Source: an uncultured virus (IMG/VR IMGVR_UViG_2778261562_000001)
Taxonomy: Duplodnaviria; Heunggongvirae; Uroviricota; Caudoviricetes
Direction: 5' to 3' (one strand)
DNA: 64,000 nucleotides
Virus record (IMG/VR): IMGVR_UViG_2778261562_000001
Shown piece by piece: positions 1 through 8,708 of this stretch. Each line of letters opens with the position of its first letter. Position 1 is the first letter of the stretch. The notes under the pieces are model-generated. The model worked only from the letters and a program-made list of their open reading frames with translations, was not told the DNA's origin and did no database searches. The position numbers and the translations under genes are program-made.

Positions 1-75
1 TATCAAAACAAGGGGGGGGGCAAATAGTAAAGGAACTATAGGTGGGGGTTGTACAGACGTTATTGATAAAAATAA

Positions 76-107
76 TTTGTATGGTATGGATAAACGTAGT
101 ATGTTTG
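76..107 (+). promoter_or_regulatory. Bacteroidota-type housekeeping promoter (-33 TTTG / -7 TAnnTTTG)
   Basis: TTTG at 76-79 and TATGTTTG at 100-107, 20-nt spacer, matching the Bacteroidota consensus. Confidence 0.6.
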
Positions 108-144
108 CTATGTCTTTAATTTGCACTTTTACCTATTTGCCTGT

Positions 145-183
145 AAAGGCCCTTAATTTGATCGTTGAGGGCCTTTTTCTTTT
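145..183 (+). terminator. Rho-independent terminator
   Basis: Stem AAAGGCCCTTAA / TTGAGGGCCTTT followed by a T-rich run. Confidence 0.7.
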
Positions 184-212
184 GGATATGTTTAAAAGTA
201 GTAGTACATTTA
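181..212 (+). promoter_or_regulatory. Second Bacteroidota-like promoter upstream of the virion operon
   Basis: TTTG at 181-184 and TACATTTA at 205-212 (one mismatch), 20-nt spacer; shares GTAGTA context with the first promoter. Confidence 0.45.
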
Positions 213-241
213 CCTTATATAATCTTAAAACATAGATAATT

Positions 242-736
242 ATGGTAAAAGAAGCTATTAAAGGACTTAAAGAAGTCCGTGTAATGTCAGATGCTATTAT
301 GCATCAAATTAAAGAAGAGTTTCCTGCTGCTGGTGAAGGAAATTATATTAGAGAAGTATCTCTTGCTTATACTGCTCTACAAAAAGGTAGAATGTACCTT
401 GGAGAATGTCAACATGACTTAGGTGCTGAATATCCTTATAAGAAGACTGCGGAAGCTACTAAACCCAGTGAAATAGAAATGGGTGCCGACTTGTGTGAGG
501 GTTATAACTCTCTTGAAGGTAATAATATTGAAAACCTTATTAAACTTAGAGGTTATATTGATAAAGTTACCGCAATGGCTCTAGACTCTTATTCTAAAGG
601 GAGAAATAACTACGATGTTGAAAGTAAGTTTATTGCTGATTGTCATCTTAGTGAAGCTTATCGTTCTCTTAAAGAAGCTAGAATGTGGCTTGGATGTGCT
701 CTAGGTATTATTAGAGACTCTGAAACTAGTAACTAA
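242..736 (+). CDS. Internally duplicated helical-hairpin protein, Acb2/Tad1-like candidate
   Basis: Two similar segments, REVSLAYTALQKGRMYLG and CHLSEAYRSLKEARMWLG, resembling the RExxxAxTxLxEAxMW hairpin motif. Confidence 0.5.
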   Translation: MVKEAIKGLKEVRVMSDAIMHQIKEEFPAAGEGNYIREVSLAYTALQKGRMYLGECQHDLGAEYPYKKTAEATKPSEIEMGADLCEGYNSLEGNNIENLIKLRGYIDKVTAMALDSYSKGRNNYDVESKFIADCHLSEAYRSLKEARMWLGCALGIIRDSETSN

Positions 737-743
737 TCATCTT

Positions 744-802
744 TCCCTACTCCTTATATAAGTACTAACCGGAAGAAGGTCTTATAGCTCTAGGAGTAGG
801 GA
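744..802 (+). other. Long bulged intergenic stem-loop
   Basis: TCCCTACTCCT (744-754) pairs with AGGAGTAGGGA (792-802); inner TATAAG/CTTATA and ACC/GGT pairs; no clear U-tract. Confidence 0.55.
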
Positions 803-819
803 TTCTTAATTTAAATAAC

Positions 820-1191
820 ATGGCAAATAAAGTATATAATTCTGAGATTATGTTCAATGAACTTATGACTAATCTCAATAATGAATTGGAAGCTGGAGCT
901 AAACGTAAAAATATACCAGTACCTTATAAATTTAGATATGAGTTTGGTAAGTTTCATAAGGAACTTCATCTTGATGAAGGTGGTACTACTAAAAACTTTA
1001 GAACTCTTAGGATTTATAAAGATGTACTAACAACTAATGAAAGAGTGTTAGTTACTGAACAGCATTATATATCTAATAACCCTAGTGTGTTTCTTAAAAA
1101 TACTTGGAAAGATAGNCTTTGCAAGGATTTTCTTAAAGGAGCATTTAATCTTAGGATAGTTTCTCTAACAAAAGAACANGATGAAGGTTGA
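820..1191 (+). CDS. Hypothetical protein
   Basis: 123-aa ORF with genome-typical codon usage in a tightly packed operon. Confidence 0.7.
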   Translation: MANKVYNSEIMFNELMTNLNNELEAGAKRKNIPVPYKFRYEFGKFHKELHLDEGGTTKNFRTLRIYKDVLTTNERVLVTEQHYISNNPSVFLKNTWKDXLCKDFLKGAFNLRIVSLTKEXDEG

Positions 1192-1594
1192 TGATNNAGT
1201 ANTAAANATATTGAAAGAGGTAAAAGCAGAGTTANATGCNGAAAAAGGNGTAGAACTTAGCATACCTGANATTGGAAANATAGCTAANAGTCAANTNGAA
1301 GCTGCTATCTTTGGTATGAANAAAGGNATGGATGTNCAATTACCTAGAATATGTAAGTTTCNNNGGATTTATAAGAAAGACCTTTATACTTCTAAAGCTG
1401 AATTTAATAAACTTAGTAAAGAACTAGGTGATGAAGAGAAGAAAGCTTTGGAAACACGTATGAAAATGGAGAGGATTGATAGAATGAAGAAGAAACGTAA
1501 GGCTAAATCTGTTAAAGATATTAAAAACATTATTAATAAAGATAGTTATGGTAAAACTCCTACTATCTTTGATAAATTAGAAGGTAATGTTTGA
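1181..1594 (+). CDS. Basic hypothetical protein, possibly HU/IHF-like DNA-binding
   Basis: 137 aa, helix-helix-strand pattern and Lys/Arg-rich C-terminus; many ambiguous bases. Confidence 0.4.
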   Translation: MKVDDXVXXILKEVKAELXXEKXVELSIPXIGXIAXSQXEAAIFGMXKXMDXQLPRICKFXXIYKKDLYTSKAEFNKLSKELGDEEKKALETRMKMERIDRMKKKRKAKSVKDIKNIINKDSYGKTPTIFDKLEGNV

Positions 1595-2255
1595 GTTATT
1601 TGANGTAAANGATGGAATGCTTGTTCTTAANAANGANGTTGTAAGAGGTATTAGACCTTTTAAGACTTTACTTGAAAAGGATAGAGGTGGTAAGATAGAT
1701 GGTGACCATGATGGTAGAAAGAAGTTCTATGCTCATGCTCAATTTATGTATATGTACCTTGCTAATCATCCTAATAGTATATTAGCTGATGCTCCTATTG
1801 ATCAATTGCATGATTTAGCTGTTGAAAAGAGTGGATTACCTGAAGGTTGGAAGAAAGGTAAACTATATAAGGAGGTAGAGGAAGCTTATGTTGAAGGACT
1901 TGAACTTACTTCTACTTATAAAGCTTATATCGAAGCTAAACGTACTCTTTATTCTATAGGGGATGATATGGTTCTATTTTCTAAACAAAGAGATAGNATT
2001 AAAAAGAGTTTAGAATCTGTTAATACTCAATTAGAGAATACTGATATGGATTCTCCTGATTATAAGGAGATAATAGCNAGAGAGGAAATGTTAACTCAAA
2101 GGTTAATGAANGTTACTGCTGAAATACAAGGTATTACTGATAGACTTCCTAATAATTATAATACTATTAATGAATTAAAGAAGATTATAGTTAAAGAGAA
2201 TGAACAGAAAGCTGGTATTAGAGGTGGAGGAAAATTAGGCAATAGAGAACAATAA
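1587..2255 (+). CDS. crAss-like helical protein upstream of the terminase (possible small terminase subunit)
   Basis: 222 aa with C-terminal coiled coil ending IRGGG; position upstream of TerL; function is inference. Confidence 0.4.
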   Translation: MFELFXVXDGMLVLXXXVVRGIRPFKTLLEKDRGGKIDGDHDGRKKFYAHAQFMYMYLANHPNSILADAPIDQLHDLAVEKSGLPEGWKKGKLYKEVEEAYVEGLELTSTYKAYIEAKRTLYSIGDDMVLFSKQRDXIKKSLESVNTQLENTDMDSPDYKEIIXREEMLTQRLMXVTAEIQGITDRLPNNYNTINELKKIIVKENEQKAGIRGGGKLGNREQ

Positions 2256-2265
2256 AAGACAAAAG

Positions 2266-2616
2266 ATGCAATTATTGATGTTAGTAAATATACTACTACC
2301 TGTAGACTTAGCTGAAGATGATTTCAGAGAAGATATTGTTAGTGCGGTAGTAGATTTTGATTATAGAAGAATGCTTCAAGTATTAAGGACTGTGGATGGT
2401 TTTAGTTACATTACATTTAGTGACGGAAGACCTAACATGAAAGTTATGATTAGTTTTGAAGATATGATTGGCATTATCGAAAGTCAAGAAAAAGGTAATG
2501 TTATTGACGATACGTACAAAGAAGAAGTACGTAGTTATGCTAAAGATAATTATAAGCATACATGGCAGATTAAAAAGAACGATAGAAGAGGTGGCGATGA
2601 AGGTGTCTATTCCTAA
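2266..2616 (+). CDS. Hypothetical protein
   Basis: 116-aa ORF filling the gap between neighbours. Confidence 0.65.
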   Translation: MQLLMLVNILLPVDLAEDDFREDIVSAVVDFDYRRMLQVLRTVDGFSYITFSDGRPNMKVMISFEDMIGIIESQEKGNVIDDTYKEEVRSYAKDNYKHTWQIKKNDRRGGDEGVYS

Positions 2617-3628
2617 TGAACGGCAAACTAAGATAAGTTTTGACCCAGTTCCGCATAAGTATTATGATGATGGCGGAATTGAATATACCTCTGTTACTAC
2701 TCTTATCGGGAAATACGCTCCCAAGTTTAATAAGAGGTATTGGAGTATGTACACTGCTCTTCGTGATGCCGGTTATAAAGTTAGAGGTGATAATAAACAA
2801 TATAAAGTTATATATGTAGATGGTATTCCTAGAAGCTTAGATTCTTTATATAAGATTACGGCTGCTGCGAATGCTGTTAAAGATGTTACTAATGAATGGA
2901 CTAGATTAACTAATGTTGCATGTAATAGAGGTAACCTTATTCATGATGGTCTTGAAACTGATATTAATGCTAGTAAAGGCGACTTAAAAGGTGAAAGTAA
3001 TAGTATCATCCAACCTCATCAAAGTCTTGAAGGTGTTCTACTAAAAATCAATACTGTTGAACAGTTAGATGATACGGGACTACAGTTTAGATACCCTGAG
3101 ATTTATAAGAGGTTGGTTTGGTATATTAGTCAAGATTGTATTATATATGCTGAAAAACGTATTTACAGTACTGCTTATCAAATAGCAGGAATGATTGACG
3201 TTCTTATAGTAAAGAGAGGTACTAATAAGTTTGCTATCCTTGATTGGAAAACTAACAAGGATAAGATGCATTTTGAAAGTGGCTATTATAAGAAGGTTAA
3301 GATAGGTGGTAAATGGGTTAAGAGTGATAATTTTATTCAAACTTTTGATGATAAGCTTCATAGTCCTATTGAGCATTTGGATAATTGTAAAGGAGTTAAG
3401 TATAGTTTACAGTTAAGCTTATATGCGTATGTAATGGAGTTATGGGGATATGAACTTGTTGGTAATGGTTTAACTATTTGTCATATTAGACCTGATATGA
3501 AACCTATCTTTATCAATTGTCATTACTATAAGAATGAGATTGCTAGTCTTCTTTTAGACCATTATGTTAAAAATGTTATTAAGTTAGAACCTGAAAAACC
3601 CAAAGTAACATTTGGAATATCCGCATGA
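2597..3628 (+). CDS. PD-(D/E)xK nuclease (phage exonuclease-like)
   Basis: Motifs SVTT, RGNLIH, AEKRIY..IAGMIDVL..ILDWKT, YSLQLSLYAY; likely start is ATG 2597 (MKVSIP) rather than 2468. Confidence 0.85.
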   Translation: MKVSIPNERQTKISFDPVPHKYYDDGGIEYTSVTTLIGKYAPKFNKRYWSMYTALRDAGYKVRGDNKQYKVIYVDGIPRSLDSLYKITAAANAVKDVTNEWTRLTNVACNRGNLIHDGLETDINASKGDLKGESNSIIQPHQSLEGVLLKINTVEQLDDTGLQFRYPEIYKRLVWYISQDCIIYAEKRIYSTAYQIAGMIDVLIVKRGTNKFAILDWKTNKDKMHFESGYYKKVKIGGKWVKSDNFIQTFDDKLHSPIEHLDNCKGVKYSLQLSLYAYVMELWGYELVGNGLTICHIRPDMKPIFINCHYYKNEIASLLLDHYVKNVIKLEPEKPKVTFGISA

Positions 3629-4083
3629 TAAATAAAGCCGTTTTTATAGATGTTGATGGTACTTTAGTTCATACGAGAAGTGGAAGAGCTTATCCTGTGG
3701 CTAGTACTGATTGGAAAGTTCGTGAAGGACTTATTAAACCATTAAAGCAATATCATAAAGACGGCTTTAAAATTATCCTTATAGCTGATAAAGCGGAAAT
3801 AGAAACTGGACTTATTACTGAACGTGAAGTTATTAGAAGGCTTGACGATATATGTGATAGAATTGTACAGTTATGTAGGTTAACTACTATGGATTTAGGG
3901 TTTATATATTCTACTAAAGAAGGATTTAATAAACGTCCTAATCCCGGTATGGCTTATGAGCTATGCCAAGAATATGAATTAGATTTAGGAGAATGTATTA
4001 TGATAGGTAAGAGTGATATGGATGTGGAGTTTTATAAACGTGCAGGTATTGGTACTTATATATCTTTTGAAAACTTATTGTAA
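3625..4083 (+). CDS. HAD-superfamily phosphatase (class IIIA; GmhB / polynucleotide 3-prime phosphatase-like)
   Basis: FIDVDGTLV motif I, KRPNPGM, MIGKSDMD..AGI. Confidence 0.8.
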   Translation: MINKAVFIDVDGTLVHTRSGRAYPVASTDWKVREGLIKPLKQYHKDGFKIILIADKAEIETGLITEREVIRRLDDICDRIVQLCRLTTMDLGFIYSTKEGFNKRPNPGMAYELCQEYELDLGECIMIGKSDMDVEFYKRAGIGTYISFENLL

Positions 4084-6369
4084 ATGTATAAGGAGTATAA
4101 AAGTTACGATATAGTAAACTCACTATCGCAGCAGGTGCTGGATAACTTAGAGTTAGATTCTACTTTGGAGACTTTTAAGACTCCTTTTTTTGTGGAAAAA
4201 AATGAACTAGAAGAAGAACTAGTTAATTTTATAGACGTTGCCTTCATTAATACTAAAGCTTTTAGTGAAACAGGAGCTTACTATCAAAAACATGGTAAAT
4301 ATACTAAGTTACATAGTGTATTTAATAAGAAAGAGTATGATGAGTTCTGGGATGAGGAAGAAAGAAGACGTAAGGAAGGTATTAGTAGACCTTGTAGGTT
4401 AGTTAAAAAAGATGATGGTACTTATGTACTACAGAATTTACATATTACTGGTGAGCATTATGGTTATTTGAATTATGCTCCTATTATGCGTATTACCGAC
4501 GAAGCTTTAAATGCTGTTGGTGAATTACTTAAAAGCGGTGTTGACCCTAAAGACGAAAGAGTACAAGCTATCGTCGATAAGAAAGAAGAGGGTTTTCCCG
4601 CTTTTTTAGATTCTGATTATTACTACTTTAAAGCTGTTGAATTAGCTAGACGTAGAGGTGAACATTTAGTTGTAGCTAAAGCTCGTCGTAAAGGTTATAG
4701 TTATAAGAATGGTTGGTTAGCTGCTAACTTAGCTGACTTGAATAGAAATATAGGTGTAGGTCTTGCTGCATTCCATGCTGATAGTTTATATCCTGAAGGT
4801 ACTATGAGTATGTCGGATAACTACTTACAGCATATTGCTAAAACTACTGACTGGGCTAAGCGTAGGTCTATTGATAAAAAAGACCATATTAAGTTTGGTT
4901 ACTTCTTAAATGATGGTCTAGGTATTGAGTATGGATTTAAAAGTAGTATTGTTGCGAAGAGTTTTGCTCCTAATAACGCAGGTGCTATTCGTGGTAAGGA
5001 TAGGTTATTTATCATGTTAGAAGAAAGTGGTAAGAACCCAATCTTAGCACAGGTATTAACTGCGACACTTCCTTCTTTAAAGGCAGGAATCTTTACCACA
5101 GGACTTATGATTGTATTTGGTACTGGTGGTGGTGAAAATAAACAATGGGAGGATTTTGAAGATTTATTTTATGCTCCTAGTGTTCAAGGCTTCATGAGTT
5201 TTAATAACATTTGGGATGAAGATGGTATTGATACTGAAGCAGGTTTCTTTGTACCTAGCTTTATGGGTAAAGAAGGNTTCTTTGATGTTCATGGTAATAG
5301 TGATGTTANAGGAGCTGTTCAATTTGAAGACCGTGAAAGAGCTAAGCGTAAGAAGTCTAGNGTAGCTACTACTCTTAGTGACTATATGATGGAAGANCCA
5401 TATTGTCCTAAAGAAGCGTTTAGTAGAAGTAATAATAATATATTCCCTAGTGTTGAATTAGAACAACAATTAAGAAGAGTTTTAAGAGACCCTGAGATTG
5501 CTGCTTTAACTAGACATGGTAACTTAGTTACTAATGATAAAGGTAAGATTATATTTAAGGATACTATCTTTATGGATGAAGAAGAGCTTAAACACTTCCA
5601 TCCACCTGTATTGAATTTCCCTTTAAAGAAAGGAGATGACCCTCATGGTTGTGTTACTATTTATAAACATCCTCATAGAGATAAGAATAATAATATTCCT
5701 GATAATCTTTATAGAATTAGACATGACCCTTATGCATTGCCTAAGAATGAAGAGGATATTACGGGTAGAGATTCGTTAGGGGTTACACACGTTTATGAGG
5801 TTACTAATAATTTTACCCCCGGATTTGGAGATAGGATAGTCGCAGAGTTTGTTGGTAGGCCAGAGACTACTGATGAGTATAATGATATTATGTTCAAANT
5901 AGCTATGTACTATAATGCTGTTATACAATTTGAAAATGATAGGGGNGATGTTTTNAATTATGCTAAGAGACATAAACTTCTTCACATGCTTGCTGATGAG
6001 CCTGAAAGTTTAGCTAAGAAAGAGCATGTTAATAATAAATCGGCTAGGAAAAAAGGTATATCTATTCAAGGTGCTAGAAAAGAATCGGGGGTTATATATA
6101 GTAAGGACTGGTTATTAGTTAAGCGTGGTACGCAAAATAGTGATGAACAAATAGCAACAAAAGAGAATCAATCCCTAAATTTACATTATATTTATAGCCA
6201 AAGGCTATTGAGGGAGTTGCTCAAATTCAATATGAAGGGTAACTTCGATAGCGTTTCTACCTTAATAGTAGGAATGTTCGACGATAGAGAAATGCTGTTC
6301 CAAGAGATCGTGCCACAGCAATCAAAGCCAATGACACCTAACAACGTTTTTAATAGACCTCTATTTTAA
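4084..6369 (+). CDS. terL: Terminase large subunit
   Basis: Walker A-like KARRKGYSY, Walker B FIMLEESG, FGTGG, C-terminal nuclease motifs HDPY and GNFDSVS; directly upstream of portal. Confidence 0.92.
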   Translation: MYKEYKSYDIVNSLSQQVLDNLELDSTLETFKTPFFVEKNELEEELVNFIDVAFINTKAFSETGAYYQKHGKYTKLHSVFNKKEYDEFWDEEERRRKEGISRPCRLVKKDDGTYVLQNLHITGEHYGYLNYAPIMRITDEALNAVGELLKSGVDPKDERVQAIVDKKEEGFPAFLDSDYYYFKAVELARRRGEHLVVAKARRKGYSYKNGWLAANLADLNRNIGVGLAAFHADSLYPEGTMSMSDNYLQHIAKTTDWAKRRSIDKKDHIKFGYFLNDGLGIEYGFKSSIVAKSFAPNNAGAIRGKDRLFIMLEESGKNPILAQVLTATLPSLKAGIFTTGLMIVFGTGGGENKQWEDFEDLFYAPSVQGFMSFNNIWDEDGIDTEAGFFVPSFMGKEXFFDVHGNSDVXGAVQFEDRERAKRKKSXVATTLSDYMMEXPYCPKEAFSRSNNNIFPSVELEQQLRRVLRDPEIAALTRHGNLVTNDKGKIIFKDTIFMDEEELKHFHPPVLNFPLKKGDDPHGCVTIYKHPHRDKNNNIPDNLYRIRHDPYALPKNEEDITGRDSLGVTHVYEVTNNFTPGFGDRIVAEFVGRPETTDEYNDIMFKXAMYYNAVIQFENDRXDVXNYAKRHKLLHMLADEPESLAKKEHVNNKSARKKGISIQGARKESGVIYSKDWLLVKRGTQNSDEQIATKENQSLNLHYIYSQRLLRELLKFNMKGNFDSVSTLIVGMFDDREMLFQEIVPQQSKPMTPNNVFNRPLF

Positions 6370-8705
6370 TGTACAACTTTCCAATTCAAAAACTTTCATT
6401 AGCAGAAAAGCTAAAGAGGAATCCCGATACTGATAGTACTTGGGGAGAGGATTGTGTTGAGTATCTTATACAAGGTGCTGGCTTTAATAATTATAGTTCT
6501 GAAATAGACCAGATTGACAGATATGTTGATGGGGATATTAATGATAATGATTATAATCATATTCTTAACCCTCTTAATACTGAAATTGAACAGTATAAAC
6601 GTTTTGGTGCTAAACTTAGAAATTTAAATATTTTATCTCCTGTTAGAGATTTATATTTAGGAGAGTTTGGTAAACGTTATAAAAATGTTCAGGTTATAGA
6701 TAGTAATCCTATTGAAGAGAATCTTTATAAAGAAGGTTTAAATAGGGTTATTGAAAACTACTACGTACAAGAGACCATTAATGAGCTTAATGCTTTAGGT
6801 GTTCCTACAGGTCAGGAATCTGTAGAACAAGGTAGTCGAGAAGAAGTTGAATCTACTTACAAACGCAACTTCGATGAAAATAGAGTTATTACAGGTCAAG
6901 AGACTTTAGACTTTATTAATTACGAAAAAGATTTAGACGATAAGTATCAGGATATTTATGAAGACTATATTAAATATGGTCGTGCTGTTACTTATAAAGG
7001 TATATTCCATAATGACATAGAGTTCGATCATGTTCCTGCTAGGGAATTTGTTTGTGCTAGAGGTTCTAGTAACTTCATTGAAGATAGAGGTTGGGCAGTC
7101 CGTAGAAGGGTTCTCCAACCTTTTCAGATTCTAGACCAATATAGAAAGAAGCTTCCTAAAGAAGCTATTGATTGGTTATCAGGTGAAGATGCTAAGGATA
7201 ATGCTAGAGGTGAACAAGGTTATATTATTCTACCTTCTCAACATATCAGTAGTGATATGGATTATCGTAGGTATAGTCTTTTAGACGATGCTGATGGTAT
7301 TGTATTGTATCACGTTGTATGGAGAAGTTGGAGAAAAGTAGGTATTCTTACTTATAGAGACTTAGGTGGGCAAATTCAAACTAGAGAAGTAGATGAGACT
7401 TATAAACTTAATGAAGAGTTTGGAGATGTATCTATTGAATGGGAATGGCAAAGTCAAGTATGGGAAGGGTATGATTTAGGAGGTAAGTTTAAATTTGGAA
7501 TTGAACCTCTTGAATATAATAGAATGGACTTAAATAATAGTTCTAAACAAAAACTACCTTATAATGGTAGAATTGAAGAAGGACATAATGGGTCTATTAA
7601 AAGTATTATGAAAGCTGGTATTCCTTATCAAGTTCTTTATAATGTTGTTTCTTATCAAAGAGAAAAAACTATTAATAAGAATAAAGATAAAATTCTTGTT
7701 ATGCCTGAAGGTCTTATACCTAAAGGTAAAAGAGGTTGGGATGAAGAAAAATTCTTATACTTTAGTGATGCTCAAGGTCTAGCTGTTGTTGATGAATCTG
7801 CGTCAGGTGCTAGTTTCAGTATGCAAGCTATTAAAGTATTGGATATGGGTCTTAGTAGTTATATTAATGACTTATCTAATATTGCTGATAGTATTAAATA
7901 CAATTGGTGGGAAGCTATTGGTATGAATAGACAGCGTTACGGTGATACTCAAGCTAGTGATGGTAAGGGTGTTACTGAACAAGCTATATTCAGAAGTGCC
8001 ATTATTAGTGAGGAACTTAATCGTAGGTTTGAAAAATTTCAAGAAAAAGATTATGAAGGTCTTTTGGATTTATCTAAATTAGCCTATATTAATGGTAAGA
8101 AAGGTAAATACATTAATAGTCAACAAAGACAGGCGTTCTTACAAATCAATCCTGATGATGCTCTTTATAGGTTAGAGACTTCATACGGTGTATTCTGCAA
8201 AAACAGTTCAGGAGAAGGGGAGAAAATGAGCGCATTACAGGAGTATGCCTTTTCATTGGCTCAAAATGGCGGTATGACAGGGTTGTTAATGGAGATTCTC
8301 GATACTAGAAACTTTACTAAAGGTAAAGAGGTTATAATGCAGATGGAAGAACTAGCTAAACAAAGAGAAGAAGCTCTTGCTAGAGAAACTAATGAAAACA
8401 ATGCTGCTATAGAGCAAGCTAAACGAGAAAGTGAACAAGCTGATAGAGATGTTAAAATCTATGAAGCTGATAGAAAATATGATACTGCTATTGATTCTAA
8501 ACTAATTGGTGAAGGTGGAAGAGATAACGGTAGAGAAGACACTAATGATAATGGTAAAGACGACTATGAAGATAGACGTATGAATGACCATAAGATTAGA
8601 GTTGATAATGCGAATTTAAATTTAAGCCAAAGAGATCAAGCTCGTAAAGAGAAAGAAACCTCTGCAAAGATTAAACAAATGAATAAACCCGTAAAACAAT
8701 CATAA
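6369..8705 (+). CDS. Portal protein
   Basis: 778 aa after TerL, crAss-type motifs (KLPYNGR, IGMNRQRYG), coiled-coil C-terminus. Confidence 0.85.
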   Translation: MYNFPIQKLSLAEKLKRNPDTDSTWGEDCVEYLIQGAGFNNYSSEIDQIDRYVDGDINDNDYNHILNPLNTEIEQYKRFGAKLRNLNILSPVRDLYLGEFGKRYKNVQVIDSNPIEENLYKEGLNRVIENYYVQETINELNALGVPTGQESVEQGSREEVESTYKRNFDENRVITGQETLDFINYEKDLDDKYQDIYEDYIKYGRAVTYKGIFHNDIEFDHVPAREFVCARGSSNFIEDRGWAVRRRVLQPFQILDQYRKKLPKEAIDWLSGEDAKDNARGEQGYIILPSQHISSDMDYRRYSLLDDADGIVLYHVVWRSWRKVGILTYRDLGGQIQTREVDETYKLNEEFGDVSIEWEWQSQVWEGYDLGGKFKFGIEPLEYNRMDLNNSSKQKLPYNGRIEEGHNGSIKSIMKAGIPYQVLYNVVSYQREKTINKNKDKILVMPEGLIPKGKRGWDEEKFLYFSDAQGLAVVDESASGASFSMQAIKVLDMGLSSYINDLSNIADSIKYNWWEAIGMNRQRYGDTQASDGKGVTEQAIFRSAIISEELNRRFEKFQEKDYEGLLDLSKLAYINGKKGKYINSQQRQAFLQINPDDALYRLETSYGVFCKNSSGEGEKMSALQEYAFSLAQNGGMTGLLMEILDTRNFTKGKEVIMQMEELAKQREEALARETNENNAAIEQAKRESEQADRDVKIYEADRKYDTAIDSKLIGEGGRDNGREDTNDNGKDDYEDRRMNDHKIRVDNANLNLSQRDQARKEKETSAKIKQMNKPVKQS

Positions 8706-8708
8706 GTT

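Noticed and set aside
2468..2596. Upstream extension of the nuclease ORF
   Set aside because: Non-ATG start overlapping 2266..2616; ATG 2597 is more plausible
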